Assembly (NCBI GenBank): GCA_000092065.1
Contig: CP000593.1
Source: Ostreococcus lucimarinus
Lineage: Eukaryota
Strand: one strand, 5' to 3'
DNA: 64,000 nt
Each line of letters starts with the position of its first letter. Position 1 is the first letter of the stretch. Shown here one piece after another: positions 1 to 8,639 of this stretch. A program made the position numbers and the translations under genes. Below the pieces are notes generated by a model. The model was not told where the DNA came from. It did not search any database and saw only the letters and a list, made by a program, of their open reading frames with translations.

Positions 1-1145
1 GTCGGTGGTGGTGCCGCGCGCGGGACGTCGGTGACGCGGACGGAGAGCTCGTATTTGGGCTCTCTAGCGCGATCGATCGCGGGAAGGCGGTCGAGCAAAG
101 ACCGCGAAGGGACGTACAGGACCTGGCCGGGGTCAATCTTGAGGAAGTGGCTCTCTGGATGCGGACGCAAGTTGTTGTAGCGCGCGAGATCCATGACGCT
201 GATGCCAGCGATGCTGGCGATGTCGAACAGATTGTCCTCCGGCTGCACGACGACGCGCAGCGGCTTGGCGAGCAACTCGCCATCCGCCTCGCGAGAAAGC
301 TTCGCCGCGCGCTCCACTTGTTTACTCAGCTCGTGGTGCCGCTCAATCTGTGCAGCGCTGTACTCGTCATCTCTCATAATCGCACGTCCGCTCGAACCAG
401 GGTTTAAAAACGTCTTCAGTCGACTTTTTTGCGTCGCGCTCCTGTCGTGACGGAGGAGCGGAGATACGAGTCTACTCGTGCTCGCGATTCCACCAGCCAA
501 AATACCGCGCGCGCCGGTGACACCATCCTCGACGCGTGTTTTTAAGCCCTTAGCGTGATGGACCAAGCTCGCACGCGCACCGCGTATGGTGTCGACGCCG
601 CCTTCGGTGGACGAGTGCAGCTTGGCGACGACGACGCGTTGACGCTCCGCGAACGCTTCAACGAAGCCATCCACGCGTGGCTTCACCGCTTGCACCATTG
701 GCCAACTTCCAACGGCATCCTCAAACCCTTTTAACTTTTCTTTAACCTTTTTAGACGTTTCTTCGCTCACGAGGCTTCGCAAAGGATCGACGCGCCTTTT
801 CAGTTTCCCATCCTCCGTCGCGACCGACTTCTTCCGCCGCGGCTTCGCGTCGCCATTGGTCTTCGTCACATCGACCGACTTCTTCTTCGCGTTTTTCGAC
901 TTCGACCCGGACGCTTCGCCACTCTTTTTCGACTTCGTCCCGTCCCCGCCTGGTTTATTTCGGTCATCGAAGAAAGATTTCACGCTCGCCAGCGCGGCCA
1001 GCTTGGCGTCGTCGAGCCCTCGCAACGCCTCTTTCGTCTTCTCCTTCGCCAACGAGGCCACCGACGACGGTTCAGACGCCTTCGACGCCTCCCCACGCGC
1101 TTCTTTGCGGTCGTTCCCGCCCTTGGCGATCGTCATCGTCTTCAT
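1..1145 (-). CDS. LysM domain-containing protein with Lys-rich N-terminal region (partial; 3' end runs off the window start)
   Basis: Minus-strand open frame from ATG (complement of 1143-1145) to position 1 with no stop. Translation ...KSKKSGEASGSKSKNAKKKSVDV...VVVQPEDNLFDIASIAGISVMDLARYNNLRPHPESHFLKIDPGQVLYVP... The C-terminal block fits the LysM consensus. The AAG/AAA-rich codon run is unusual for this GC-rich DNA, which argues for real coding. Alternative in-frame upstream ATGs at 1193 and 1271. Missing from the ORF track because the stop lies outside the window. Confidence 0.45.
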   Translation of the reverse strand, partial: MKTMTIAKGGNDRKEARGEASKASEPSSVASLAKEKTKEALRGLDDAKLAALASVKSFFDDRNKPGGDGTKSKKSGEASGSKSKNAKKKSVDVTKTNGDAKPRRKKSVATEDGKLKRRVDPLRSLVSEETSKKVKEKLKGFEDAVGSWPMVQAVKPRVDGFVEAFAERQRVVVAKLHSSTEGGVDTIRGARASLVHHAKGLKTRVEDGVTGARGILAGGIASTSRLVSPLLRHDRSATQKSRLKTFLNPGSSGRAIMRDDEYSAAQIERHHELSKQVERAAKLSREADGELLAKPLRVVVQPEDNLFDIASIAGISVMDLARYNNLRPHPESHFLKIDPGQVLYVPSRSLLDRLPAIDRAREPKYELSVRVTDVPRAAPPP

Positions 1146-2125
1146 CTTGACCTCGCGCGCGATTCTCGCGCTCGCCTCCCCCGCCGTCGACATCGTCCGT
1201 TCGCCCGCGCGTCGCGCCGCCCCCGCCCCCGCCCCCACCACGCGCACCGTCAGCGCGCACGACGCGAACATCGTCGCAAAGAATACATCCGCGAACGTCC
1301 GCACCTCGCACCTCGCGCCCTTCACCACCGATCGCACTCCCGGCGGCAGCTTATTCTCCACGCTCCGCACGTACACGTTTCCGCACACCGCCAACCCCGC
1401 CGTCGCGCTCTCCCTCGCCGCGTCCACGATCGACCCCCCCGTCGCTCCCACGCCGCCATCGCCTTCCCTCCCGCGCGTTTTCCCGCGCTCGTTCGCTTTC
1501 CTTCGCCCCTCGTCGTCGTTTTCCTTCGCCTCGTTCGTCCCGCGCGTCGCCTCGTCCCCGCGCGTCCGCGTCTTCGTCCCCTCCTCGTCCGCGCGCGTCG
1601 GCGGGAACAGTCGCGCGTCCGTTCGTTCGTCGTCACCGTCGGTCGCTCGCGCGTTCGTCGTCTCGTCGTCTGCGCCGTCGCGCGCGTCGTCGCTCGACCG
1701 TCGTCGTCGTTGATTTCGAACGCCATCGTCGTGATTGCGATGATTATTCGTCCCTCTCGCGTCCGCGCGCGCGCGCGACGCGCCCGCGCGCCGCGCGTCG
1801 TCGCCGTCGTCGCCGTCGTCGCGCCCTCGGCCGTCGTCGCCGTCGTCGCCGTCGCTCGACATCGCGCGCGGCGCTGTGGCGACGCGCGCGTCGACCGACC
1901 GCGAACGAACGGTCGGGCGTCACGTCGACGCGCGCCATGGCGCCCGCGCGCTCGAACGCGCGCGACGTCGAGTCGCAGGAATCGTGCGCGGCGACGCACT
2001 GCGCCGGGAACGGGCACCCCGCGGTCGCGGCGCTCGTCGCGCCGTTCGTCCTCGCGTGGAACGCGATCGATGCGTATCTGACGCCGTGCCTCGGCGCGTA
2101 CGCGCGGCTGGGCGCGCGCGGCGCG

Positions 2126-3361
2126 ATGGGATCGCTGTGCTGTTGCCTGCTGGAATGCTTTCGGTACGAGGATAAGGTCTGGGCGGGCGACGCGGCGCTC
2201 GGGGTGGATTGCGAATTTCGCGGGTGCGATTGGGCGCGCGTCGACGACCTGAGCGCGGGGAGCGAGGACAAGCCGATGGTGCTGTATCAGGGAATCATCG
2301 AACCTCGGGACTGCGTGCAGGGCCAGCTCGGGGATTGTTGGTTGGTGAGCGCGCTGGCGTGCCTGGCGGAACACCCGGGAGCGATCAAACGGTTGATATT
2401 GAACGGGGAAAAGTCGCTTCGCGGCAAGTATCGCGTGCGGTTTTACGACGGCAAGGAGAAGAGGTGGGTCACCGTGACGGTGGACGATCTCATTCCTTGT
2501 TACAAGGGGACGAAGAATCCGATATTTATGCAACCGCACAACAACGAGTTTTGGCCTTTGATCGTGGAGAAGGCGATGGCTAAGTTTATGGGGAGCTACG
2601 CCGCGCTGGACGGCGGGTTCGGCACGTGGGCCACGCACGCGCTCACGGGCGATAACGTCTTCTTGCTCAAGAAGCGCATGGACGTCGAACGCACGTGGCG
2701 GCGACACAACATGAAGTTTATCGGTAAGCCCGGTGACGGCGGTAAGAAGGATCGCATCTATCACGAAGAAGTCGAGGAAAACATCGTGCGCGATAAATTG
2801 TTCAACATCCTGACCCAGTACGACAGCATCAAGTCCCTGATCGCCGTGTCGAGGATGACTAAAAATGGCGAGAGCAAAGACGAAACCACCGGCTTGGTGT
2901 CCGGTCACTTGTTCTCCGTCATCTCCGTGCGTTGGGCTGGACGCTCTTGGGGCGTCGGTGGAAAGCGTTTCATCAAGCTTCGCAATCCGTGGTCGACGTT
3001 TGAATGGAAGGGCGCTTGGGCTGATGGATCGAAAGAATGGGACAAACACCCGGCCATCGCGAAGGAGCTCGCGTACGTGAACGATCATCACGACGGCGTG
3101 TTTTGGATGGAGTTTGACGATTTTTGCGAGTACTTCAACCAAATCGCGGTGTGTGACCGAACGACAAAGCGCGACTTTTCGCTCCGGTACGATCACGACA
3201 ATAAATATTGTGGTCCATTGATGGGCTGCGTGAGCGGTTGTGCGTGCTTCTGGTGCGGATGCCAAGGTCCGTACAAACTTTATTGCGGACACCAATCGAC
3301 GACCGAAACGCGTCAGGCGACCAAGTGCTGCGGCACGATGAAAGTCGCGAACGACGCGTGA
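2126..3361 (+). CDS. Calpain-type (C2 family) cysteine protease, CysPc domain only, Cys-rich C-terminal tail
   Basis: QGQLGDCWLVSALACLA catalytic Cys motif, SGHLFSV His motif, RNPWSTFEWKGAWADGSKEW calpain signature. ATG verified at 2126 (MGSLCCC...). Alternative upstream ATG at 1937 in the same frame. Confidence 0.8.
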   Translation: MGSLCCCLLECFRYEDKVWAGDAALGVDCEFRGCDWARVDDLSAGSEDKPMVLYQGIIEPRDCVQGQLGDCWLVSALACLAEHPGAIKRLILNGEKSLRGKYRVRFYDGKEKRWVTVTVDDLIPCYKGTKNPIFMQPHNNEFWPLIVEKAMAKFMGSYAALDGGFGTWATHALTGDNVFLLKKRMDVERTWRRHNMKFIGKPGDGGKKDRIYHEEVEENIVRDKLFNILTQYDSIKSLIAVSRMTKNGESKDETTGLVSGHLFSVISVRWAGRSWGVGGKRFIKLRNPWSTFEWKGAWADGSKEWDKHPAIAKELAYVNDHHDGVFWMEFDDFCEYFNQIAVCDRTTKRDFSLRYDHDNKYCGPLMGCVSGCACFWCGCQGPYKLYCGHQSTTETRQATKCCGTMKVANDA

Positions 3362-3691
3362 ATAAATTAACGACTACTTTACGCGAGTCGGCTTGTAATG
3401 AATTTGAGAGCTCTGTCTCCGCGTTTCGCGACACTCCGTGCGTTATTTAAGCCACTATCGACAGAAGGTCGCCGGAAACGGGGCACATGACCATTTTGAA
3501 AATGTCCCACCTCACTTCGACGATGCCGCGCACGCCTCGAAGGCGATGGCCCAGCGCTGTCTCCCGCGAGCAACTGTAATAAAGTAATCACGTGCGTCCA
3601 CAAAGTATTCATTCGTGTTGTTATTTCAATTCAAATGGCGTGTTTTTGCGTCGCTGGTGGTTTTTACTAGGACGAGGGAGAAGAGAAACGC

Positions 3692-5581
3692 TTACGGGAG
3701 CGTGTACTTGCCAGGCTTGTCGAAGACGTACTCGGCCGTTTCGTTTTTCTTCACGACGAATCCCGCGAGCGCGTCGACTTCGGGCGCACCTTTGCCGGTC
3801 GGCTTCCACTGCCAACCCTTGTTCGTCACTTTCAAACCATCGACGATGACTTCCGCGCCCTCGCACGCCTTGATGACGAGCGCACCATCCACTTCGACGT
3901 TTTTCAAATTGACGCCAGAGCCTTCGACGACGAGCGCGCTCTTCGCGCCCAACTTGACGGCGCCGACTTTCGACTTGAGTTCATCAAAAGATGTGGCGAC
4001 ATCCGGACCGAGCACAACACGTGGACCCATGGGAAGCTTCATACCGTTGAATTCAGCGTCGACGGCGGCGGCGGGGACGTCGGCACCGGCCAAACGCAAC
4101 AAGTTTGCGCACGATTCGTAAAACTCAAACTCGCCGCTCGTCGCCGTGTGCGTCGGGCCGTTAGATTTGAACTTGGCCAAACCGTCCGCCGGAGAGTTCT
4201 TCACCGGGCTGTAGCCAATCCAGTTCGCAAAGACGGTGAAACCAACCTTAGCCTTCGATCCGAGGCTCTTGGGATAGTCTTGCATCATGCACTCCAATCG
4301 CGTCGGCGATTTGAAAGCCGTCTTTGTCTCATCCTTGTACTTGGGATTGACGAATTCTTCGATCGCGCCGCCAGTCTTCTTGAGTTGTTTTGCGTACTCT
4401 GGAAGACTCACGATGAGCTGATTGATGTTACCCGGGAATGGGGAGAAGCCCGTGGCATCGTTGACGTCGCCTTCGGGATTCGTAGTGGCTCGCAAAAGCG
4501 GATCGAGCTGGTTGTATTCGACGTTGATGGTCATCTTGCGTCCATCCTCGTGAGTTAGCAACGAAATCGCACCGACCGCTTCCTTGGCTTTTCGCGGAAC
4601 GCACAAAGAATTGAACTCAAGATTCATCGTCTTCGACACCCCGAGCGCACCAGGGATGACGCGGAACACGAGCGAGTTCGTGTCTTGAAAGAAGACGACC
4701 CACTTCTTGCCTTGGCTCATCCACTTTGATAACAACCCGCTCGTGTGCAGGAGAGAGTGCACGTCACCGTGGCCGTGCGGCTTGAGCGCGAGCTTGTAAG
4801 GATCGTCGTCTTTCACCGCCAAACGTGCATCGTTATCCATCAAGCACGGCACCTTTTCTTGCTTCATGAGCGTGATTTGATCGCGAGACGCGCCAAAGTA
4901 ATCGTTGCGTTCGAGCAAATCGAGCGTCAGCGCGTGCGTGTCCTCCGACGTCATGATCGCCAACGGAATCTTCGTGGACGATTTCGCCTTCGCGCCGCCA
5001 CCGCCGAAGCACCCGCACCCACCCGCGTTCGTCGCACCCTCCGCACCCTCCGCGCGTTTCTCCATCGCCAAGATATTCTTCACGTACAACTCCAAATAGC
5101 ACGCGTTCGTCGCCCGCTCCACCGGCAGCGCGACCTTGATCCCCGAGTACCCCAATCGCTCTCCCAACCCCCCCGCGACGAGCACGAAGCACGTCTCCGC
5201 CGTCTCCCGCATCCCAATCTTCTCCAGAATCTCGTGCGCCGCCGATCCGTACTCCACCGTCTTCCCCGTGGGCACGCTCGGCGTCCATCCCTCGAACGGA
5301 TTCTTCCCCTCCTTCGACGCCCTCAGCAGCTCGCGCGCGTTCGACACGTACTTCGCCACCCCCCCCGGGTACCCCCGATCCGCCCGTCGCACTTCCTCGA
5401 CGAACGCGCGCTTCCTCTCGTCGTCCACGCCCGGCGCCGGCCAATCCGCGATCAGATGCGCTTGTCCCAGCGCGATCGTTTCGCGCAGCGTCCGCGCGTC
5501 GTCCGTCGTCAGCGCGCCGCGCGCGACGTGCGCGTCGACGACGGCCGTCGCGCTCGCGCGCGCGTCGTCCATCGCGGCCAT
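3692..5581 (-). CDS. USP: UDP-sugar pyrophosphorylase
   Basis: FVLVAGGLGERLGYSGIKVALP nucleotide-binding motif and length about 630 aa match plant USP. ATG verified (complement of 5579-5581). The ORF-track start at 5719 is upstream in the same frame and less likely. Confidence 0.8.
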   Translation of the reverse strand: MAAMDDARASATAVVDAHVARGALTTDDARTLRETIALGQAHLIADWPAPGVDDERKRAFVEEVRRADRGYPGGVAKYVSNARELLRASKEGKNPFEGWTPSVPTGKTVEYGSAAHEILEKIGMRETAETCFVLVAGGLGERLGYSGIKVALPVERATNACYLELYVKNILAMEKRAEGAEGATNAGGCGCFGGGGAKAKSSTKIPLAIMTSEDTHALTLDLLERNDYFGASRDQITLMKQEKVPCLMDNDARLAVKDDDPYKLALKPHGHGDVHSLLHTSGLLSKWMSQGKKWVVFFQDTNSLVFRVIPGALGVSKTMNLEFNSLCVPRKAKEAVGAISLLTHEDGRKMTINVEYNQLDPLLRATTNPEGDVNDATGFSPFPGNINQLIVSLPEYAKQLKKTGGAIEEFVNPKYKDETKTAFKSPTRLECMMQDYPKSLGSKAKVGFTVFANWIGYSPVKNSPADGLAKFKSNGPTHTATSGEFEFYESCANLLRLAGADVPAAAVDAEFNGMKLPMGPRVVLGPDVATSFDELKSKVGAVKLGAKSALVVEGSGVNLKNVEVDGALVIKACEGAEVIVDGLKVTNKGWQWKPTGKGAPEVDALAGFVVKKNETAEYVFDKPGKYTLP

Positions 5582-5634
5582 CGCGCGCGTCGTCGTCCGT
5601 CGTCGCGCGGCGTCGGCGCGCGCGCGCGCGTTCA

Positions 5635-5691
5635 TTTCCGACACGTATGGGTAAACAGTCACAAGATTTCCGACACGTATGGGTAAACAGT
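5635..5691 (+). promoter_or_regulatory. Tandem duplicated 25-mer TTTCCGACACGTATGGGTAAACAGT (2 copies, period 32) holding the recurring CGTATGGGTAAACAGTG element
   Basis: Identical 25-mers at 5635-5659 and 5667-5691 between the divergent USP (ATG 5581, minus) and primase (ATG 5944, plus) genes. The same 17-mer recurs at 34991-35007 and reverse-complemented at 45624-45640. Confidence 0.4.
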
Positions 5692-5943
5692 GCGAAGACA
5701 CACACGGGAGGATTTTCAAACGCCGCGACAGGTGGCGCGAAAAATTTAAAATTCCAGCGACGACCGCGCGACTGCGCGACGCGCGGCGCGACGCGACGCG
5801 ACGCGGGAGACGCGCGCGCGCGGCGAAGCTTTCGAGGCGTCGGACGCGCGAACGAACGCGAGAACAAACGCGAGACGACGCGAGAGACGACGCGGGAGAC
5901 GCGCCGACGCGGTGACGATCGACGCGGTGACGATCGACAAAGG

Positions 5944-7248
5944 ATGGCGACGGTCGAACCGGAGACGAAGCGATTGAAGACGGAGGATGGGGAGAAGGAA
6001 AACGTCGCGCTCAACACGGGGAACGTGGGGAAGGCGCGGGTGAAGAGCTTGATGTATAGGTATTATAAACAATTTTACCCGGCGGATCTGTTGTTCAAGT
6101 GGTTGGCGCACGGAAACGACGAACGACACGCGAGGGCGGAGAAGACGTACCCGAGCCGGCGGGAGTTTTGTTTCGTGCTGGATAAGGAACAAGAAGAGGG
6201 CGGGGGAGAGATTTTTGCGCGGTATCAGAGTTTCGTGGACGCGAAGGATTTTAAGACAAACGTGGAGCGGAAAAAGCCGGCGCGCATCGAATTCGGGCCG
6301 ATTTGTAACCGCAGACCGTCCGACAGGCACACGGTGGAGTTAAAACCGGAGGAGCGGGAGTTGGTTTTTGATATCGATATGACGGATTACGACGACGTGC
6401 GGACGTGCTGCAAGGAGGCTGGGATCTGTGGAAAGTGCTGGCCGTTGATGACGGTGGCGCTCAAGGTGCTCGACGTCGGCTTGCGCGAGGATTTCGGTTT
6501 CAAGCACTTGTTGTGGGTCTATTCCGGTCGTCGCGGTATTCACTGCTGGATCAGCGATGAGCGCGCGAGAAAGTTGAGCGACGAAGCTCGCTCTGCGGTT
6601 GCCGAGTATTTCGCCGTCGTCAAGGGCGAGGGTCAGGGGCGCCGCGTGTTGTCGTCGACGCCGATGCACCCTTCGGTGAAGCGCGCGTACGACGGCGTCT
6701 TGAAACAATATTGGATCGAGTCGTACTTGCCCACGCAGCGAATTCTCGAGGACAAAACCAAGCTCGAGCAACTCCTCAATCTGATTCCCGACGAAAACAT
6801 TAGAGAGGATCTCGCGTCGGAGTTTGCGACGAGTTCGCTCAACTCGGTCGACCGCTGGGGTGTCATCGAGCGCCGCGTGCAAGACTCTTTGAAGAAAAAT
6901 AATTACAAGCTTACCGGTGCGCTCGAAAAGATAATCCTCTGGCACATCTACCCTCGAGTCGATATCGAGGTGTCTAGACACATGAATCACTTGTTGAAGG
7001 GTCCGTTTTGCGTTCACCCAAAAACTGGGCGTGTGTGCGTGCCCATGGATCCCGCCACCGCGGATTCCTTCAATCCGGAACTCGTGCCCACCGTCGTCGA
7101 TCTGGATTCCGGTGCGCAAACCTTAGACGGGGCGATCAAAACTTTTAACGACACGTTCTGGAACGCGTGCGCGAGGGAAAACATCGAGCGGCTCACCGCA
7201 AAGACGCGTCAAGCCAAGGCGGAGCAACAGTCTGGGATGGAATTCTAA
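5944..7248 (+). CDS. PRI1: DNA primase small (catalytic) subunit
   Basis: LVFDIDMTDYDDVRTCC...GICGKCW primase small-subunit signature, about 435 aa. ATG verified at 5944 (MATVEPETKRLK). The ORF-track start at 5647 lies inside the promoter motif and is R/D-rich filler. Confidence 0.85.
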   Translation: MATVEPETKRLKTEDGEKENVALNTGNVGKARVKSLMYRYYKQFYPADLLFKWLAHGNDERHARAEKTYPSRREFCFVLDKEQEEGGGEIFARYQSFVDAKDFKTNVERKKPARIEFGPICNRRPSDRHTVELKPEERELVFDIDMTDYDDVRTCCKEAGICGKCWPLMTVALKVLDVGLREDFGFKHLLWVYSGRRGIHCWISDERARKLSDEARSAVAEYFAVVKGEGQGRRVLSSTPMHPSVKRAYDGVLKQYWIESYLPTQRILEDKTKLEQLLNLIPDENIREDLASEFATSSLNSVDRWGVIERRVQDSLKKNNYKLTGALEKIILWHIYPRVDIEVSRHMNHLLKGPFCVHPKTGRVCVPMDPATADSFNPELVPTVVDLDSGAQTLDGAIKTFNDTFWNACARENIERLTAKTRQAKAEQQSGMEF

Positions 7249-7308
7249 ATGATGAACTTGTGTAATTGAAAGAGAAAGATTTCGTTAAATTAATTGAATA
7301 GTACTTAA

Positions 7309-8445
7309 TTATGGCGCGTTTCTCGCGAGCGACCACTTATCGTCGTCGTCGTCGTCGTCTTGGCTCACAGGCGTCAATTCTATCGACATTAAGCGTTCGC
7401 TCGAACTCAACACCTCTTGCCACGTCGGCGGCTTGCTCTTGTCAAAGTACACGTTCTCGACCACGGTTGTGTCCCAACTCTCCCCCGTAGTGCTGTTCCC
7501 AAACTTTCGCACGCTACCATCGGGGGATAACACTTCTCCCCACGTCCGGCTGAACCGTTCGCCATCTTCACCGACGCGCCACGTCTCCCCGCTCTTGCGT
7601 CCGCTGCCAATCTTGCTTCGGCGCTCTTCCCATTTATCGCCCCATCGCATCCCCATGCCGTTCTCCGCCCACTTATCCGTCCACTTCAGCGTCGCGCCCT
7701 CGCCATCGTACTGCTCTCCCCACTTCTCCCACCACGCCTGTCGAACCTCTCGCCCGCTCTTTTCCACCCCTCGCTCGACGGCGCCGTTGGCGTAGTACCG
7801 CTCCCACCACTTCTCCTGCCACTCCTTACTCTGCGCGTCTCGCGCCCACTTATCGGCGCTCCTCTCGATGTGTTCGACGCCCGTAAAATCATCCCGGCAA
7901 TAGATCTCTCGCCACGTCTCCCACCACGTCTCACCCGTGTCGTTAAATCCGCTCTTCTCGAACCCGAGCTCCTTGTAACCGCTAAAATCGCACTTCGCCC
8001 ACCGCGTCTCGCTCGATCCGCTTCGCCCATCCGGGCAATCTCTCTTCGTCGTCCACCACCTCGACTGATACCCACCTTCTCCACGATCGAATCCTCGCTT
8101 TCGCGTCGTCTTCATTCCTCCCTTCTCCTCCACGGACGTCGACGTTTCCCGGTTTCCGCCTCGCGCGCCGTCCTCGCTCGCGCCCGCCGCGCCGTCGTCC
8201 TCGTCGTCCGCGTCCTCGAACGCCTCGTCCTCTTTCGCGATCCCCGTGTCGCGCTGCGGCGGTTTCGCGCGCGTTCGCACGTCTCCTCGCGGTGCGTCGC
8301 CGCCGCAGACGCGTCCGCGGCGCGCGCGCGCGTCGATCGCGCGCGTCGATCGCGCGCCGCGCGATCGCGTCGTCGTCGTCGTCGCGCGTTCACGGCGCGT
8401 CGCCGCGGCGCGCGGAGACGCGCGGCGGAGCGACGCGATCGTCAT
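7309..8445 (-). CDS. Tryptophan-rich repeat protein (about five ~30-aa units W(W)EKWxExY); family unknown
   Basis: Repeats WWETWREIY, WQEKWWERYY, WWEKWGEQY, WTDKWAENG, WGDKWEERR. Acidic stretch EDEAFEDADDEDDG upstream. The ORF-track start at 9168 overlaps the downstream helicase gene and is rejected. Candidate ATGs at 8445 and 8115, both verified; which is used is uncertain. Confidence 0.45.
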   Translation of the reverse strand: MTIASLRRASPRAAATRRERATTTTTRSRGARSTRAIDARARRGRVCGGDAPRGDVRTRAKPPQRDTGIAKEDEAFEDADDEDDGAAGASEDGARGGNRETSTSVEEKGGMKTTRKRGFDRGEGGYQSRWWTTKRDCPDGRSGSSETRWAKCDFSGYKELGFEKSGFNDTGETWWETWREIYCRDDFTGVEHIERSADKWARDAQSKEWQEKWWERYYANGAVERGVEKSGREVRQAWWEKWGEQYDGEGATLKWTDKWAENGMGMRWGDKWEERRSKIGSGRKSGETWRVGEDGERFSRTWGEVLSPDGSVRKFGNSTTGESWDTTVVENVYFDKSKPPTWQEVLSSSERLMSIELTPVSQDDDDDDDKWSLARNAP

Positions 8446-8639
8446 CTCGTCGCGCGACCGGGTCGCGCGATCGCGGCGCGCCGGGCTGTGCGGACGCGCG
8501 ATCGCGTCATCGTGTCGGTTGGGCGCGCGCGGGCGCCGGCGCGAGACGGATTCGCGGCGCGCCGACGAGGGGACGAAGCGACGAGACGAAGGCGCGGATG
8601 CGGACGAAATCGACGGAATGAGGGAGATGCGCGACAAAA

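Noticed and set aside
1322-3295. 657-aa minus-strand ORF (Arg/Ala/Thr-rich) overlapping the calpain gene
   Set aside because: It has a low-complexity RRRARR composition, no recognisable domains, and is antisense to a well-supported calpain CDS. This is a typical long spurious ORF in ~67% GC DNA, where stop codons are rare.
5647-5944. ORF-track start codons (e.g. 5647, 15197, 32522, 49530, 55412, 59952, 62694)
   Set aside because: The track translates GTG and TTG as Met. These positions are not ATG in the sequence, so starts were moved to the first verified ATG consistent with homology.
4745-6017. ORFs 4745..5686 (+) and 4833..6017 (-) overlapping the USP gene
   Set aside because: They are in alternative frames or antisense to the USP gene, Arg/His/Gly-rich, and have no homology signal.
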